Assembly (NCBI GenBank): GCA_965223905.1
Contig: CBDCXV010000001.1
Span: forward strand, 1,344,001-1,408,000
Direction: 5' to 3'
Length of the DNA stretch: 64,000 bases
Source: Candidatus Latescibacterota bacterium
Lineage (GTDB): Bacteria; Latescibacterota; UBA2968; UBA8231
Within the stretch, counting starts at the first letter, position 1. The number at the start of each line of letters is the position of its first letter. Made by a program: the position numbers and the translations under genes. The notes under the pieces are model-generated. The model was given only the letters and a program-made list of their open reading frames with translations. It ran no database searches and was not told the DNA's origin. Below, in pieces: positions 17,460-27,276 of this stretch.

Positions 17460-18350
17460 CTAGTCGACGAAGGCCGACTTGATGCGGCCCCAGCTCTCCG
17501 ATTCGACCGCGGATTGGAAGTCCACCCGCGGATCGACAGGAGCCAGCAGGAAGTCGGGGTACGCGTCCGCAGTGTGCCACATATCGGTAGCTCCGAGATA
17601 CCAGAAGCTCTCGTGCTCGTAGTCCTCACCGGGGATATCACTATCCCACGCAAACCATCCTATGCCGGCGACTTCACCTTCCGCGAATTGGTGTATCGTG
17701 CTCCCCTCTGGGTCGTCAAAGAGGAGATCATCAAAACCGGTGCGCATTATTTCAAAGGTGCCCGTCCCCTCACCGTTGAGCTGGCCGTCCATGCTCCAGC
17801 CCAGGTCGGAGTAGGGCGGCGAGTCAGCCCAGGTGGCCTGGCTGGCCCAGAGCCAGGACCAGTCGCGTTGGCCGACTTCGTATGGGGGGAAGGTGTGGTA
17901 CCCCTGGGTATAGCGAGCACCTGCGCGCGCCCTTTCCTCCTCGTCCTCGATGTCGTCGGGACCAAAGTTATGGAGGCCTCCGCCGTGGTCGGCATCTATG
18001 TGCCACTCATAACCATCGTCCAATATTACATCGTCGTGATCCCAGAAGTCGTCGTATCTCTCCGACAGCCAATAGATCTTGTTGGTCCCGGGAGCCCAAC
18101 CGACTATGGCGTTGAAGTTGATTTCGCCGAAATCCGTTGGGGCTTGGCCCTCGCCGTCCGTGTGGGCGCTGTAAGGTATCACGTAGTCCTCGGGAATGAT
18201 CGACCACTCGGAGGCATCGCCATCGAGAGTCGGCTCGAGTCCGGGCGGAAACTGAAACGCGGTGAATTCCAAGCCCGGCGCGTGTGCCCCGGCCGAAGAC
18301 GCGATTCCCAGGCACAAGCACATCACCGCTAGCGCTGTAATTTTTTTCAT
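17460..18350 (-). CDS. Secreted acidic protein (CBM9/DOMON-like) with C-terminal AVESESWGRIKS tail
   Basis: Start refined to MKKITALAVMCLCLGIASSAGA (signal peptide, GGAG RBS); PTLDGDASEW is CBM9-like; distinctive C-terminal motif. Confidence 0.75.
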   Translation of the reverse strand: MKKITALAVMCLCLGIASSAGAHAPGLEFTAFQFPPGLEPTLDGDASEWSIIPEDYVIPYSAHTDGEGQAPTDFGEINFNAIVGWAPGTNKIYWLSERYDDFWDHDDVILDDGYEWHIDADHGGGLHNFGPDDIEDEEERARAGARYTQGYHTFPPYEVGQRDWSWLWASQATWADSPPYSDLGWSMDGQLNGEGTGTFEIMRTGFDDLLFDDPEGSTIHQFAEGEVAGIGWFAWDSDIPGEDYEHESFWYLGATDMWHTADAYPDFLLAPVDPRVDFQSAVESESWGRIKSAFVD

Positions 18351-18447
18351 GAGGCCACTCCTCCCTCCTGATTTGACCCCCATCGGATATTCGAGGGGAT
18401 ACTCCGCGATCAGTCCGAAAGATACGGCAGCATTTTCCAGATACCTA

Positions 18448-18538
18448 ATAACAAATTCCGGCCTCATAACAAATTTCGGCCTCCGCCCTATTTGTGCCTC
18501 CCGCAGGGGGTTCTGTATAACTATCTTGTATAACTATC
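18448..18538. repeat. Two tandem direct repeats in a divergent promoter region
   Basis: ATAACAAATT(C/T)CGGCCTC at 18448 and 18466; TGTATAACTATC at 18514 and 18527. Confidence 0.85.
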
Positions 18539-18663
18539 ATTGTTTACGGGGACTTAACACCGGTTCTCTACCGCGTGACCATGGCGATTGGCTTGAGACC
18601 GTTTATCGTACTATTCTCCTTGACATCCCATTCTCGTCAACATCGATAGGAAGGATTTCGGAC

Positions 18664-19698
18664 ATGACGGAGCCGATCAAGCTCGGAGTCGTTGGCTGTG
18701 GCTGGGCAGGAGCGCAAGCCGTACTGGCAGCAACCGCCGTTCCCCGCACGTGTGTTGTTGCCGTGGCGGATCTCGACGTGACGCGACGCGACCATGTCGT
18801 TGAGGAATTCTCCGTACCGAGGTCCTACGGCGATTACCACGACCTGCTCGATGACTCCACTGTCGAGGCCGTCTACCTCGCCACCACTCCTGAAGGCCGG
18901 CTGCAGATGGTTGTCGATATCCTCGACGCCGGCAAGCACGTGCTGGTACAGAAGCCGCATGCGATCAGGGCTCCCGAGATTCTGGAGATGGAGGCCACCT
19001 CCAAGAAGGCAGACAAGACGCTCCAGTTCTGTTACTTCATGCGTCACTACCCCGACAACCGCAAGATTCGCCAGGCTGTGCAGCGCGGAAAAATCGGCGA
19101 CGCTTATCATGCCCGCATCTTCGGGAAATACAATTCGATTCCCCCACTGACCGACAGCACGCGCTGGTTGCACGCCTACGGCCGGAAGGGCGGATCATTG
19201 GCGCAGCACTACTCGCATGAACTGGATCTGGCATGGTGGTGGATGGGCTGTCCTCGACCCGAGTGGGCGTTCGGTGCGGCACACGCGGTCTACCCGGTCT
19301 ACGATGGACCTGAGGGCCCTGCCGAGGACTATTTCACCGGGCTTGTGGGTTTCGAAGGCGGAAAAACGATTCAGATCGATTGCTCCCGCATGGTGCACAC
19401 CGATTCACCAACCACCGTCGAGCTCTACGGCAGCACGGGCGCGATCACGGGAGGAGCCATCTGCCGGCATCGGGAATCGGAGTTCATCCGCGAAGAGATC
19501 GATGAAGCGGTGGAGATCCCCCACAGCAAGCCACCGGAGAATCCGCCTACCTTCTTCTACGAGATCGAGCACTTTGCGATGGCCGTCGCCGGAGAGGTCA
19601 AACCGGACATCTCTGCCGCGGACGCGCACGCGTTCATGAAAATCCTCGATGCTCTGTATGACAGTGCGAAGGCAAAGCAAAGGATCGATATCGAATGA
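18664..19698 (+). CDS. Gfo/Idh/MocA family oxidoreductase
   Basis: MTEPIKLGVVGCGWAG Rossmann motif; GKHVLVQKP (EKP variant); AGGAAGGA upstream. Confidence 0.9.
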   Translation: MTEPIKLGVVGCGWAGAQAVLAATAVPRTCVVAVADLDVTRRDHVVEEFSVPRSYGDYHDLLDDSTVEAVYLATTPEGRLQMVVDILDAGKHVLVQKPHAIRAPEILEMEATSKKADKTLQFCYFMRHYPDNRKIRQAVQRGKIGDAYHARIFGKYNSIPPLTDSTRWLHAYGRKGGSLAQHYSHELDLAWWWMGCPRPEWAFGAAHAVYPVYDGPEGPAEDYFTGLVGFEGGKTIQIDCSRMVHTDSPTTVELYGSTGAITGGAICRHRESEFIREEIDEAVEIPHSKPPENPPTFFYEIEHFAMAVAGEVKPDISAADAHAFMKILDALYDSAKAKQRIDIE

Positions 19699-20009
19699 CC
19701 AATCCCTACGGGACCTGGCCTGAGTCCTCGGAACTCCGGCACGACGGCGGCAAGCGGCTCATGGCGGGCAACCGCTTCTACGAGGTCGAGCACGACCTGC
19801 AGCGCGGCGGTCGGATCATACGCGTCGCGACTTCGCCAGCGACCTCGAGCGGTTTCGCAGGGCCTTTGGCAGGCGCCGAGTGGACCGCGTGGAAACCCCC
19901 TTCGCAGCCCCGATCCCGGTCGTTCTGCCCACTTACCCGCCCTTTTATCCCCCCGGGAAGCCCACGTTACAAACGTACCCGGCACGACATGGAAGGATCG
20001 CGGATATGA
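19695..20009 (+). pseudogene. Probable truncated gene remnant
   Basis: ATGA-coupled to the upstream gene; about the first 45 codons look coding (NRFYEVEHDLQRGGRI) and the rest degrades into low-complexity sequence. Confidence 0.4.
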
Positions 20010-22297
20010 AAGGCACGACCAGACTCGTTCGAGCCGGTTTTTTGTTCACAGGCATTTTTATCGCGTTGGGGGTATGGCCAGCGGCAGAATGTCCAGCCGA
20101 CGTCCGCCCATGGAAGATCCGCGCCGGGACCAGCGAAGTGCACGATGGGGCCGTGCTCGAAAACAAGCTCGTGTATGTCCGGGGCAATGGCCAACCCGAC
20201 GCCGGGCGCTATCCTCAGGCGGCGGTGCTTTATTTTGAGCCTCTCGCGCAGCCGGGGCGGTATCGCGTCTCGTTGCGGGCGCGGACGGAAAAGCTCGGCG
20301 CGAGCAGGCTGACGCTTCAGGCGTGGGTCAACAAAAAGGACGGCGGCCTGGTGTTTCCGACCGGGCATGGCCCGATCCCGGTGCCGGTGGCGTCTGTTGG
20401 CATGAGCGGCTACGTCTTTGACGAACCGGGCAAGTGGCAGTCGTTTGGGTTGGAGTTCGACGTCGAGCACGACAAACGCACGCACGTGGGGCTGATGTAT
20501 GTCGGTGACGAGACCTGCAAGGCCGGCACCGTGCAGATCGAGAAATCATCGATTGAGCTTCGGAAGGTGGATCTGCCGGTATCGATCAGTTGGGCCCGGC
20601 CGGTGAAGCTGCGTTACAAGCATTCGGAGTCCGGATCACTGGAGATCCGCCTGACGAATGCGACCGAGCAAGCGCAGATAGTAGAGGTGCGTCCGGTGGT
20701 GATTGACGACACCGATAGCCGCAAGCCCGGTGAGTCGCAGCGCTTCACAGTGCCGGCTGCAGCGACGATTAGTGGCAGCGTGGCGTTCGACGTGCCTGCC
20801 GAGGACGGGGGCTACCGGGCGACTGGTGAACTCATCTCGGGCGACAAGGTGATCGACCAGCGTGGCGATGTGTTCTGCGTCACCGATAGCCCGTTCAGGT
20901 GCATGATCCAGGGCGAGAGCGGCGAGCGTGTGGTGCGCCTGCCTTACCTGCTGTCCGGTTCCTACCACCTGGGGTTGAAGGGATTCAACAAGACGGTAAT
21001 GGATCAGTGGGACAAGTACGTCCGCGACGCTTCGTTGGCGATGGAATCGCATCGCCGCGCTTACTTCACCTACTTCGAATATTTCGCCTGGGCGCGTGAA
21101 GATGCGACCGTCATGACCGAAGACTCCGATGAGCCGTATCTCAGTGGGCAAACCTTCTATCCGATCTCTCGCAAGCAGATCCTGCTGCTCAACGGCTTGA
21201 TGAAGCAGCACGGTATCGCGCCAGTGGCCTATGTGAATTCGATCCCGTTTGGTTGGCCGGGTTTTGAAGTGATTCGCCGCCGGCCGTTGTGGTTCCGCAC
21301 AGACCCGAAGACGCGTTGGGCGAGCGCGTTTTTCAACACTGCCGTTCTGGAGAAGTACCAGAATGGCGAGGCGGTAAGCGGTCCCGTCTATCCCGCCATC
21401 GAAGTGAATTTCGATACCCCCTCTGCGATCGATGGCAAGACCTACCTGGATTATCACCTGAGCCAACTGTACGCCAGCGCCAAGCTGTATGGCTGGGAGG
21501 CCTACCGCTACGATGCGGCCCCCTTGCAGACGGAACATTTTCCTGGGTTCAAGGCGGCGCTGGCCGAACTCGACCCGCCGGTGGGAATCGGCAACAACCA
21601 AGGCACCAATTCCCTGGGAAACCAGCCGAGTGGCGCGTGGCGGATCTACTGCCGGGAAGGCTCGCTTATGATGGAAGAAATTGTCAGGATGGCCTTCTAT
21701 GATCCGGCCGATGAACGCCGCCGGTGGGTGAACTATATCGCCTCCTTGCGAGAAAGCTCGCATCTGACACGTTCAAACGGCGGTCATTTCACTTACATCA
21801 ACGCCGGCGGCAACTGGTACTCCACAACGATCGGTTACGCGCTGGGCGGCCATCCGTGGGGGGTTTACAAGAGCCCTTTCGGCGATTGTGAACGGTTCAT
21901 GGTGCAGTACGGATCATATTTCTGGGACCTGCGCACGCAGATGCTGCCTGATCCGGATGAGACGCTTTCGGTCGCCAGCGAGCGCCCGTTGTGGTGGAAG
22001 CCGTTAGCCAGCCAGCGCGACCTCGATCAGAAGCACCGCCAGATCGTTGTGCCGCTATTCAACCCGCCGGCGGAAGAGGAGGTGGTCGGCACCACGACCG
22101 TCGGCCCGGCTGACGGGGTAAGGGTGAGCTTCGCGCCCAAAGCTGACGAAACGGTCACCGCCTGGCTGCTGGCGCCAGAGCCGGTACCCAGCCGCACAAC
22201 ACTGCCGACGAAGGCTCTCCCCGACGGTAGCCTGCAGGTGGAAGTACCCCGCTTCTGGGGCTGGACAAACGTCGTCTTTGACTGCCGGTCGCAATGA
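20006..22297 (+). CDS. Secreted putative glycoside hydrolase (GH66-like TIM barrel with N-terminal beta-sandwich domains)
   Basis: Start refined to MKGTTRLV with signal peptide; YFEYFAWA, HGIAPVAYVN and GWEAYRYD motifs resemble GH66-type barrels. Confidence 0.55.
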   Translation: MKGTTRLVRAGFLFTGIFIALGVWPAAECPADVRPWKIRAGTSEVHDGAVLENKLVYVRGNGQPDAGRYPQAAVLYFEPLAQPGRYRVSLRARTEKLGASRLTLQAWVNKKDGGLVFPTGHGPIPVPVASVGMSGYVFDEPGKWQSFGLEFDVEHDKRTHVGLMYVGDETCKAGTVQIEKSSIELRKVDLPVSISWARPVKLRYKHSESGSLEIRLTNATEQAQIVEVRPVVIDDTDSRKPGESQRFTVPAAATISGSVAFDVPAEDGGYRATGELISGDKVIDQRGDVFCVTDSPFRCMIQGESGERVVRLPYLLSGSYHLGLKGFNKTVMDQWDKYVRDASLAMESHRRAYFTYFEYFAWAREDATVMTEDSDEPYLSGQTFYPISRKQILLLNGLMKQHGIAPVAYVNSIPFGWPGFEVIRRRPLWFRTDPKTRWASAFFNTAVLEKYQNGEAVSGPVYPAIEVNFDTPSAIDGKTYLDYHLSQLYASAKLYGWEAYRYDAAPLQTEHFPGFKAALAELDPPVGIGNNQGTNSLGNQPSGAWRIYCREGSLMMEEIVRMAFYDPADERRRWVNYIASLRESSHLTRSNGGHFTYINAGGNWYSTTIGYALGGHPWGVYKSPFGDCERFMVQYGSYFWDLRTQMLPDPDETLSVASERPLWWKPLASQRDLDQKHRQIVVPLFNPPAEEEVVGTTTVGPADGVRVSFAPKADETVTAWLLAPEPVPSRTTLPTKALPDGSLQVEVPRFWGWTNVVFDCRSQ

Positions 22298-22346
22298 CCG
22301 TAACAACCAAGTCACTTAGAGCTGCTCGTTTTTCAAGGAGCATGGC

Positions 22347-23717
22347 ATGGCTTCATATATCGCAGCGTTCATCCTGGCAGGTGGTTTTACCGTCTTTGCC
22401 GCCCCCGCGAGTGCCCAGCAGAGCAGGGCCGACGCTACCGCCGCCGACCAGCCGGTTGAACTGGTCCTGGTAGAATTTGGCACTCCGGATCGGGCGAATT
22501 GCCGGCTGTTGGCTGACACCGAGGCGCGCTCGGGCTATGCGATGGTTGCCGACCCGGCCGAAAGGCCGGGCGCGGGTCAGATCTGGAACCGCTATACTTA
22601 TACGCAGCCGCCGGGCAGTTCTCAAAAGGTGCTTTTCCATCAGACTCCGGGTAAGATCCGGTGCACTTTTCGCCTGAAAGTCGCGGATAACACCATCGAC
22701 AAGGCGGTGGCCGGAATCACGGCATCGATTGATGGGGGCGAACTCGGGGAAGATGGGTGGAAGATGTGGACAATCGTGTCCGCGTCGCGCGAGCTTAAGG
22801 GCACCGATTTCGCCGAACCCGATGTCTACCAGGAGTTTTCACTCGACCTGCTCAAAGGCGAGCTGGGCTTCGGCAACATGAGAGTGCGCACCACCGGGCT
22901 GACCAAAATCGCGTTCGATGGTATGAGTGTTCAGCAGATAACCCGCCTCGACATGGCCGAGGTGCTGGAATTGCTGGATCTTCCAGCCAAACCGACCGGG
23001 CTGACCGTTGGTAATGGACCGTTCTTGGTCCATGAGACCCACGGCCTGTACATGGAGCGGTGGGGTGTGCGACAGGCGATGGACCGTTTGCCCGAGCCCC
23101 TGCGCGCCGCGGGAAAGTGGGAGCAGTCGTACCTGAGCGTGCATCCAATAGCGAACAACCTTTCCGGCTACCCCACCAAGTGGGAGGATCTTTACCAGCG
23201 CCGGGTGGTGGTGCTCAACAACGTCCCAGCCCAGGCTGTCACCGTCACGGGCACGATGATGCTAAAGGAGTACATCCAGGACGGCGGCTGTTTGGTGCTG
23301 ATGGGCGACACGCACAGCTTGTCACTGCGCCTGGCGATGGGCGGCTGGGACACCTCGCTGCTCGCGCCGCTGCTGCCAGTGACGCTGTCGCGCGATCTAG
23401 TATACGGTGGCGGTCCGCTGGCGATGGTCCCGCAGACAGAGGCACTGCGCCAGGCCGATTTGGATTGGTCGAACCAGCCTTACACGCTGTACTATCACAA
23501 GGCGAGCGTGAATCCGGAGGCCGAGGTGTGGGTGGCGGCCGGTGACGTGCCGCTGTTGGTGCAGCGCAAGATCGGAAAAGGCCGCGTTGTGATGTTGCTT
23601 TGCGCTGTGCTCGGCGACAAAATGCCCGAGGCTACGGGCGTGCCGTTCTGGGAATGGAAGGATTGGCCGACACTGATGGCGGAGGTGCTCGCCGAAGGCC
23701 AAGCCGAAGCCAGATAA
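22347..23717 (+). CDS. Secreted protein with C-terminal class I glutamine amidotransferase-like (DUF1355-like) domain
   Basis: Signal peptide; VVVLNNVPA, EYIQDGGCLVLMG, LAPLLPV, GKGRVV. Confidence 0.65.
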   Translation: MASYIAAFILAGGFTVFAAPASAQQSRADATAADQPVELVLVEFGTPDRANCRLLADTEARSGYAMVADPAERPGAGQIWNRYTYTQPPGSSQKVLFHQTPGKIRCTFRLKVADNTIDKAVAGITASIDGGELGEDGWKMWTIVSASRELKGTDFAEPDVYQEFSLDLLKGELGFGNMRVRTTGLTKIAFDGMSVQQITRLDMAEVLELLDLPAKPTGLTVGNGPFLVHETHGLYMERWGVRQAMDRLPEPLRAAGKWEQSYLSVHPIANNLSGYPTKWEDLYQRRVVVLNNVPAQAVTVTGTMMLKEYIQDGGCLVLMGDTHSLSLRLAMGGWDTSLLAPLLPVTLSRDLVYGGGPLAMVPQTEALRQADLDWSNQPYTLYYHKASVNPEAEVWVAAGDVPLLVQRKIGKGRVVMLLCAVLGDKMPEATGVPFWEWKDWPTLMAEVLAEGQAEAR

Positions 23718-23841
23718 CCCATCCCGGATCGTTCAAAGCTCTAACAAGATAGCCATGCAATGCAATGACTCTTGGGACCCTGTCGTTGACGGGAGCTAAC
23801 AGTCACTGGTTGGGTGGACACGATTCTCCTCTCCTCCATCG

Positions 23842-25548
23842 TCAGCGAGCCATTGATGCGAGCGCGTCTTCGTACGTTTCGATATTGGGCCTGTACCGGT
23901 GCCGGAGTTCGAGGAGAAACTGGTGGAATGCCCGGTCCTGTTTGGCGACCCTTACCATTGCCCGCGCTCGCTGCGCCACCTTCTCGAAGGGCTCGGGGGC
24001 AGCCCCGATGGTAGATTCCAAGACCTTGTAAACCGAGTAATACCGACCTCCGACCTGAGTGGGGTCTGGATCCAGAACCTCACCCGCGTCGACGGTCACC
24101 ATCACCGGACCCACCAGATCACCCACCTCAACCCCCCGGGTTGCATCAACCAGTTCCCTGAACCTGGTTTTTTCAAAGGGATGGATGTGGAACTTCCCCT
24201 TGTTTCCCTTTCCCAGGCGCCGGAGTGTGTGCTCTGCGGCGAGCGCGCCCAGGTCCGCACCTGTCTGGATCTGCTGCAGCAGGGATGCCGCCTCGCCCTC
24301 CGTCCGCACCAGGATCTCCTGCACTGAAACCAACTCCAGGGGGGAAAACTTCCGCGGGTTCTTCTCGTAGTACTCCCGCGCCTCCTGCTCGTCGACGTAG
24401 ACCTCCGACACCGCTTCCTGCCTGATGGCCACCAGGAGCAGCGATTGCCGTTGCCGCAAGCGCCACTCCACCACCTCCCTTTCCCTGTCGATCCCGGCCC
24501 GGTAAGCGGCCGTCAGGAACAGGATACGGGGCACCACGACCTTCTCGGTGAAGGACCCGACCGCCTGCGGCCCTCCGGCGAAGCCCATGTACAGCTCGGT
24601 GGCTAAGTACCAGAAGTCCCTGATGGTGAATTTATCGTCCCCGATGTCATACAGAACCGTCTCGCTCTCCGAGTCGGTAAAGGCGTCGGTGCCCTTGGCT
24701 GCTTTCTGCAGCAGCAGTTCCAGGCCTTCCTGATTGGGTCGGAAACCCAGCTCTTCTTTCAGCCTGCTCGCCAAGTCCCGGGCCAAGCCCGGGGTTTTTT
24801 TCTTGACCAGCTCCGCCTCCAGGATGCTGCGCACTTCCCATAGCTGGACCTCTTTCTCGTCCAGGATCTGGTATACCCCGAACTGGTCGCCGTAATCGAC
24901 GATGTCGGATACCTCCCCCTTGTGCAGGGGGAAAACCATCTCCTGCAGGATCGGCGGCTCGATCTGGTCTTTGATCAGATCGACCTGGGCCAGACGGTGC
25001 TCCGGCGGCAATACCGTGTACCCGGCCAACTCGTCAAAATCCGTCCCGCTTCTCAGCGCACGGGCGATCTCATCCGCCTCCTCCCTGGTGTCGACGACGA
25101 TCTGGCCGATAACGACGGCTCGATCCCTGCCAGTGGCTCGCTGGTGCTCCAACAGCTCCTCGTCGTCGATGGCTATCTTCTCGAGCACCTCTCGCTCCAC
25201 AAAGACCTTCAAGATGCTCTCATCGAGCTCACTCCTCAGTTTGCCGACCACTTCCGGAGTCTGGTCCAGACCGAGCCTCCCGGCCTCCTGCAGCAGGATC
25301 TCCTTGTCGATCAGCGTCTGCAGGTGATCCCTAAGTCCCTCGATACCCGTTTTCTTCGTCTTCAGCCCCTCGGCCACCCGGCTCTCGAAGTACCGCAGGT
25401 GCGAGGCAGTTATCTCGCGGTCGCCCACCCGCGCCAGTAAGACCTTTTCATTCTCCATGTCATCGCAGCCGATCAGACCCCAGGCGAGAAGCCATAAAAC
25501 CGCTCCCTCCGTCCACCTTCTCCTCAGCATCCGTTCACGTGTCTCCAC
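23842..25548 (-). CDS. Parvulin-type peptidyl-prolyl isomerase / PrsA-SurA-like lipoprotein chaperone
   Basis: Lipobox LIGC; LARVGDREIT, LQTLIDKEILLQEA; two PpiC domains (QIVVDTREEA, EILVRTEGEA). Confidence 0.85.
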   Translation of the reverse strand: METRERMLRRRWTEGAVLWLLAWGLIGCDDMENEKVLLARVGDREITASHLRYFESRVAEGLKTKKTGIEGLRDHLQTLIDKEILLQEAGRLGLDQTPEVVGKLRSELDESILKVFVEREVLEKIAIDDEELLEHQRATGRDRAVVIGQIVVDTREEADEIARALRSGTDFDELAGYTVLPPEHRLAQVDLIKDQIEPPILQEMVFPLHKGEVSDIVDYGDQFGVYQILDEKEVQLWEVRSILEAELVKKKTPGLARDLASRLKEELGFRPNQEGLELLLQKAAKGTDAFTDSESETVLYDIGDDKFTIRDFWYLATELYMGFAGGPQAVGSFTEKVVVPRILFLTAAYRAGIDREREVVEWRLRQRQSLLLVAIRQEAVSEVYVDEQEAREYYEKNPRKFSPLELVSVQEILVRTEGEAASLLQQIQTGADLGALAAEHTLRRLGKGNKGKFHIHPFEKTRFRELVDATRGVEVGDLVGPVMVTVDAGEVLDPDPTQVGGRYYSVYKVLESTIGAAPEPFEKVAQRARAMVRVAKQDRAFHQFLLELRHRYRPNIETYEDALASMAR

Positions 25549-25569
25549 AAGCCCTCCTCATTTACGTAT

Positions 25570-27093
25570 CTACCGTCTCTCCAGACGAGCGATCCCGGCT
25601 CGCGCCGAGTCGAGGAAGCTGGCCTCCCCCCGCCAGTCCCTGACGAAACCCCGGTACGCGGCCAACGCCGCGGACCCCGCTCCCCCCATCTCGTGAGCCC
25701 TCGCCAGCCGATAGGTGGCCAGGACATAGGTCGAATCGAGTGCCACGGTCCGTTCGAAAGCCTCGATCGCCGCACTGAGCGCTTGCCGCTTAAGCAGGCA
25801 CATCCCCAGACCGTAATGCGCTTCCGCCATCCCGGGCGCGTGGCGAACGGCGGCAGTATACGCCCGTTCGGCATCGGTGTGCCTCCCTCTCATGATGTGC
25901 AGGTTGCCAAGGCCGTTGTGTGCCCTGGCAAAGGTCGAGTCGATGCCCAAGGCTTTCCCGAAAGCTTGCTCCGCCGATGTGGGTCTCCCGAGTTGAGCTT
26001 CGGCATACCCGATGGTGAAATATGCGTCCCGTGCCTCTCGGCTGTCCGGGGCCACGCCGATGATCCGCCAGGCCATTCGGGATGCTTGTTTCAGGTCTGC
26101 TTGTCGCAGGTGGAGACCGCGCATGCCGCTGATGGCCTTCACATGTTCGGGCTCGACTGCCACGACCTGCCGATACGCAGTCAAGGCGTCCTGATATCGG
26201 CCCATACCGGCATAGGCTGCGGCCATGGCCATGCGGGCCTCCATATCCCGGGGGTTTTCGCGCACGATCTTCTCGAGACCGGAAATCTGTTCCTGCTCGT
26301 GTTTCAGTTCCTCGAAACGTTCCAGTATCCTTCTGGCCTCGTCGACCATGCCCTGAGCGGAGTAGACATTCCCAAGGTCGTGATAGGCTTCCGAGTAGGT
26401 CGAGTCGATCTCCAGGGCTTTCCGAAGGGCGGTCTCCGCCTCGCCGTAACGCCTCCCGTGCATGTAGATCCGCCCCAGAACCTTCCAGACTTCTTTCCGT
26501 CCCGGATCCAGCTCCGCCGCCTCCAGCAGCACCTCCTCTGCCTTACCGAACCTCCCCTGCATTCGGTACACGGAGCCGAGGGATTTAATAGCCTCCACAT
26601 CCCCGGGGTCCAGCTCAAGGGCCTTCAGCAGGGCTTCCACCGCCTGCTCATAATCGCCTTGCTCTTCGTGGAGGAGCGCGAGGAGACGGTAGGAGGCGCC
26701 GGATCCGGGTTTGATTCGCAGTGCCCTTTTCGTGGCTTCGATGGCCTGCGGATAAGCCCCGCGTTGGAGGTGGGCGGAGGCCAGGTTGTGGTACGAAGCC
26801 AGGTAGGTGGAGTCGAGCCGCAGGGCTCTCTCATACGCCTCGATGGCTTCCGGGAAGCGTTTCAGTCGCAGGTAGGCGTACCCCAGATAGAACCGGCCTT
26901 CCAGAGAGAGAGAGTCCAACTTACCGGCCTCCTGGTAGGCGGCGAGTGCGTCCTCGTACCTCTCCTGATCCAGGTAGGCGGCCCCCAATTCGCGCAGCCT
27001 ACCGGCTTCTTTCCCCGTCCTGCGGTCGTCCCCGATCCCGCAACCGAGACAGAGGAGGATGGCCGGTAGCAGGTGCCTACTCAGAACTCTCAT
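25570..27093 (-). CDS. Tetratricopeptide-repeat lipoprotein
   Basis: Lipobox CLGC; many 34 aa repeats (LG..Y...GRY.EA...L.KALE.D). Confidence 0.9.
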   Translation of the reverse strand: MRVLSRHLLPAILLCLGCGIGDDRRTGKEAGRLRELGAAYLDQERYEDALAAYQEAGKLDSLSLEGRFYLGYAYLRLKRFPEAIEAYERALRLDSTYLASYHNLASAHLQRGAYPQAIEATKRALRIKPGSGASYRLLALLHEEQGDYEQAVEALLKALELDPGDVEAIKSLGSVYRMQGRFGKAEEVLLEAAELDPGRKEVWKVLGRIYMHGRRYGEAETALRKALEIDSTYSEAYHDLGNVYSAQGMVDEARRILERFEELKHEQEQISGLEKIVRENPRDMEARMAMAAAYAGMGRYQDALTAYRQVVAVEPEHVKAISGMRGLHLRQADLKQASRMAWRIIGVAPDSREARDAYFTIGYAEAQLGRPTSAEQAFGKALGIDSTFARAHNGLGNLHIMRGRHTDAERAYTAAVRHAPGMAEAHYGLGMCLLKRQALSAAIEAFERTVALDSTYVLATYRLARAHEMGGAGSAALAAYRGFVRDWRGEASFLDSARAGIARLERR

Positions 27094-27276
27094 ACTTCAT
27101 GCCTCCGGTGGCGCCACCGGCCTCTCTGCTCCTGCCTCCGGGGTCAAACTCTCCGTCAGTTGGAAGTCTCCTCAGGATCCGCGCCCCGAACGGGAGTTCC
27201 AATTCAATATATTCCAACGTCGCCGAGCTATCATCCCGCGCCGGTAACGGACGTGTCACGCCCTCCCGTCCGGAGC

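Noticed and set aside
27105-27120. Perfect 16 bp palindrome CCGGTGGCGCCACCGG upstream of the TPR gene
   Set aside because: Very GC-rich, single copy, plausible by chance in this composition.
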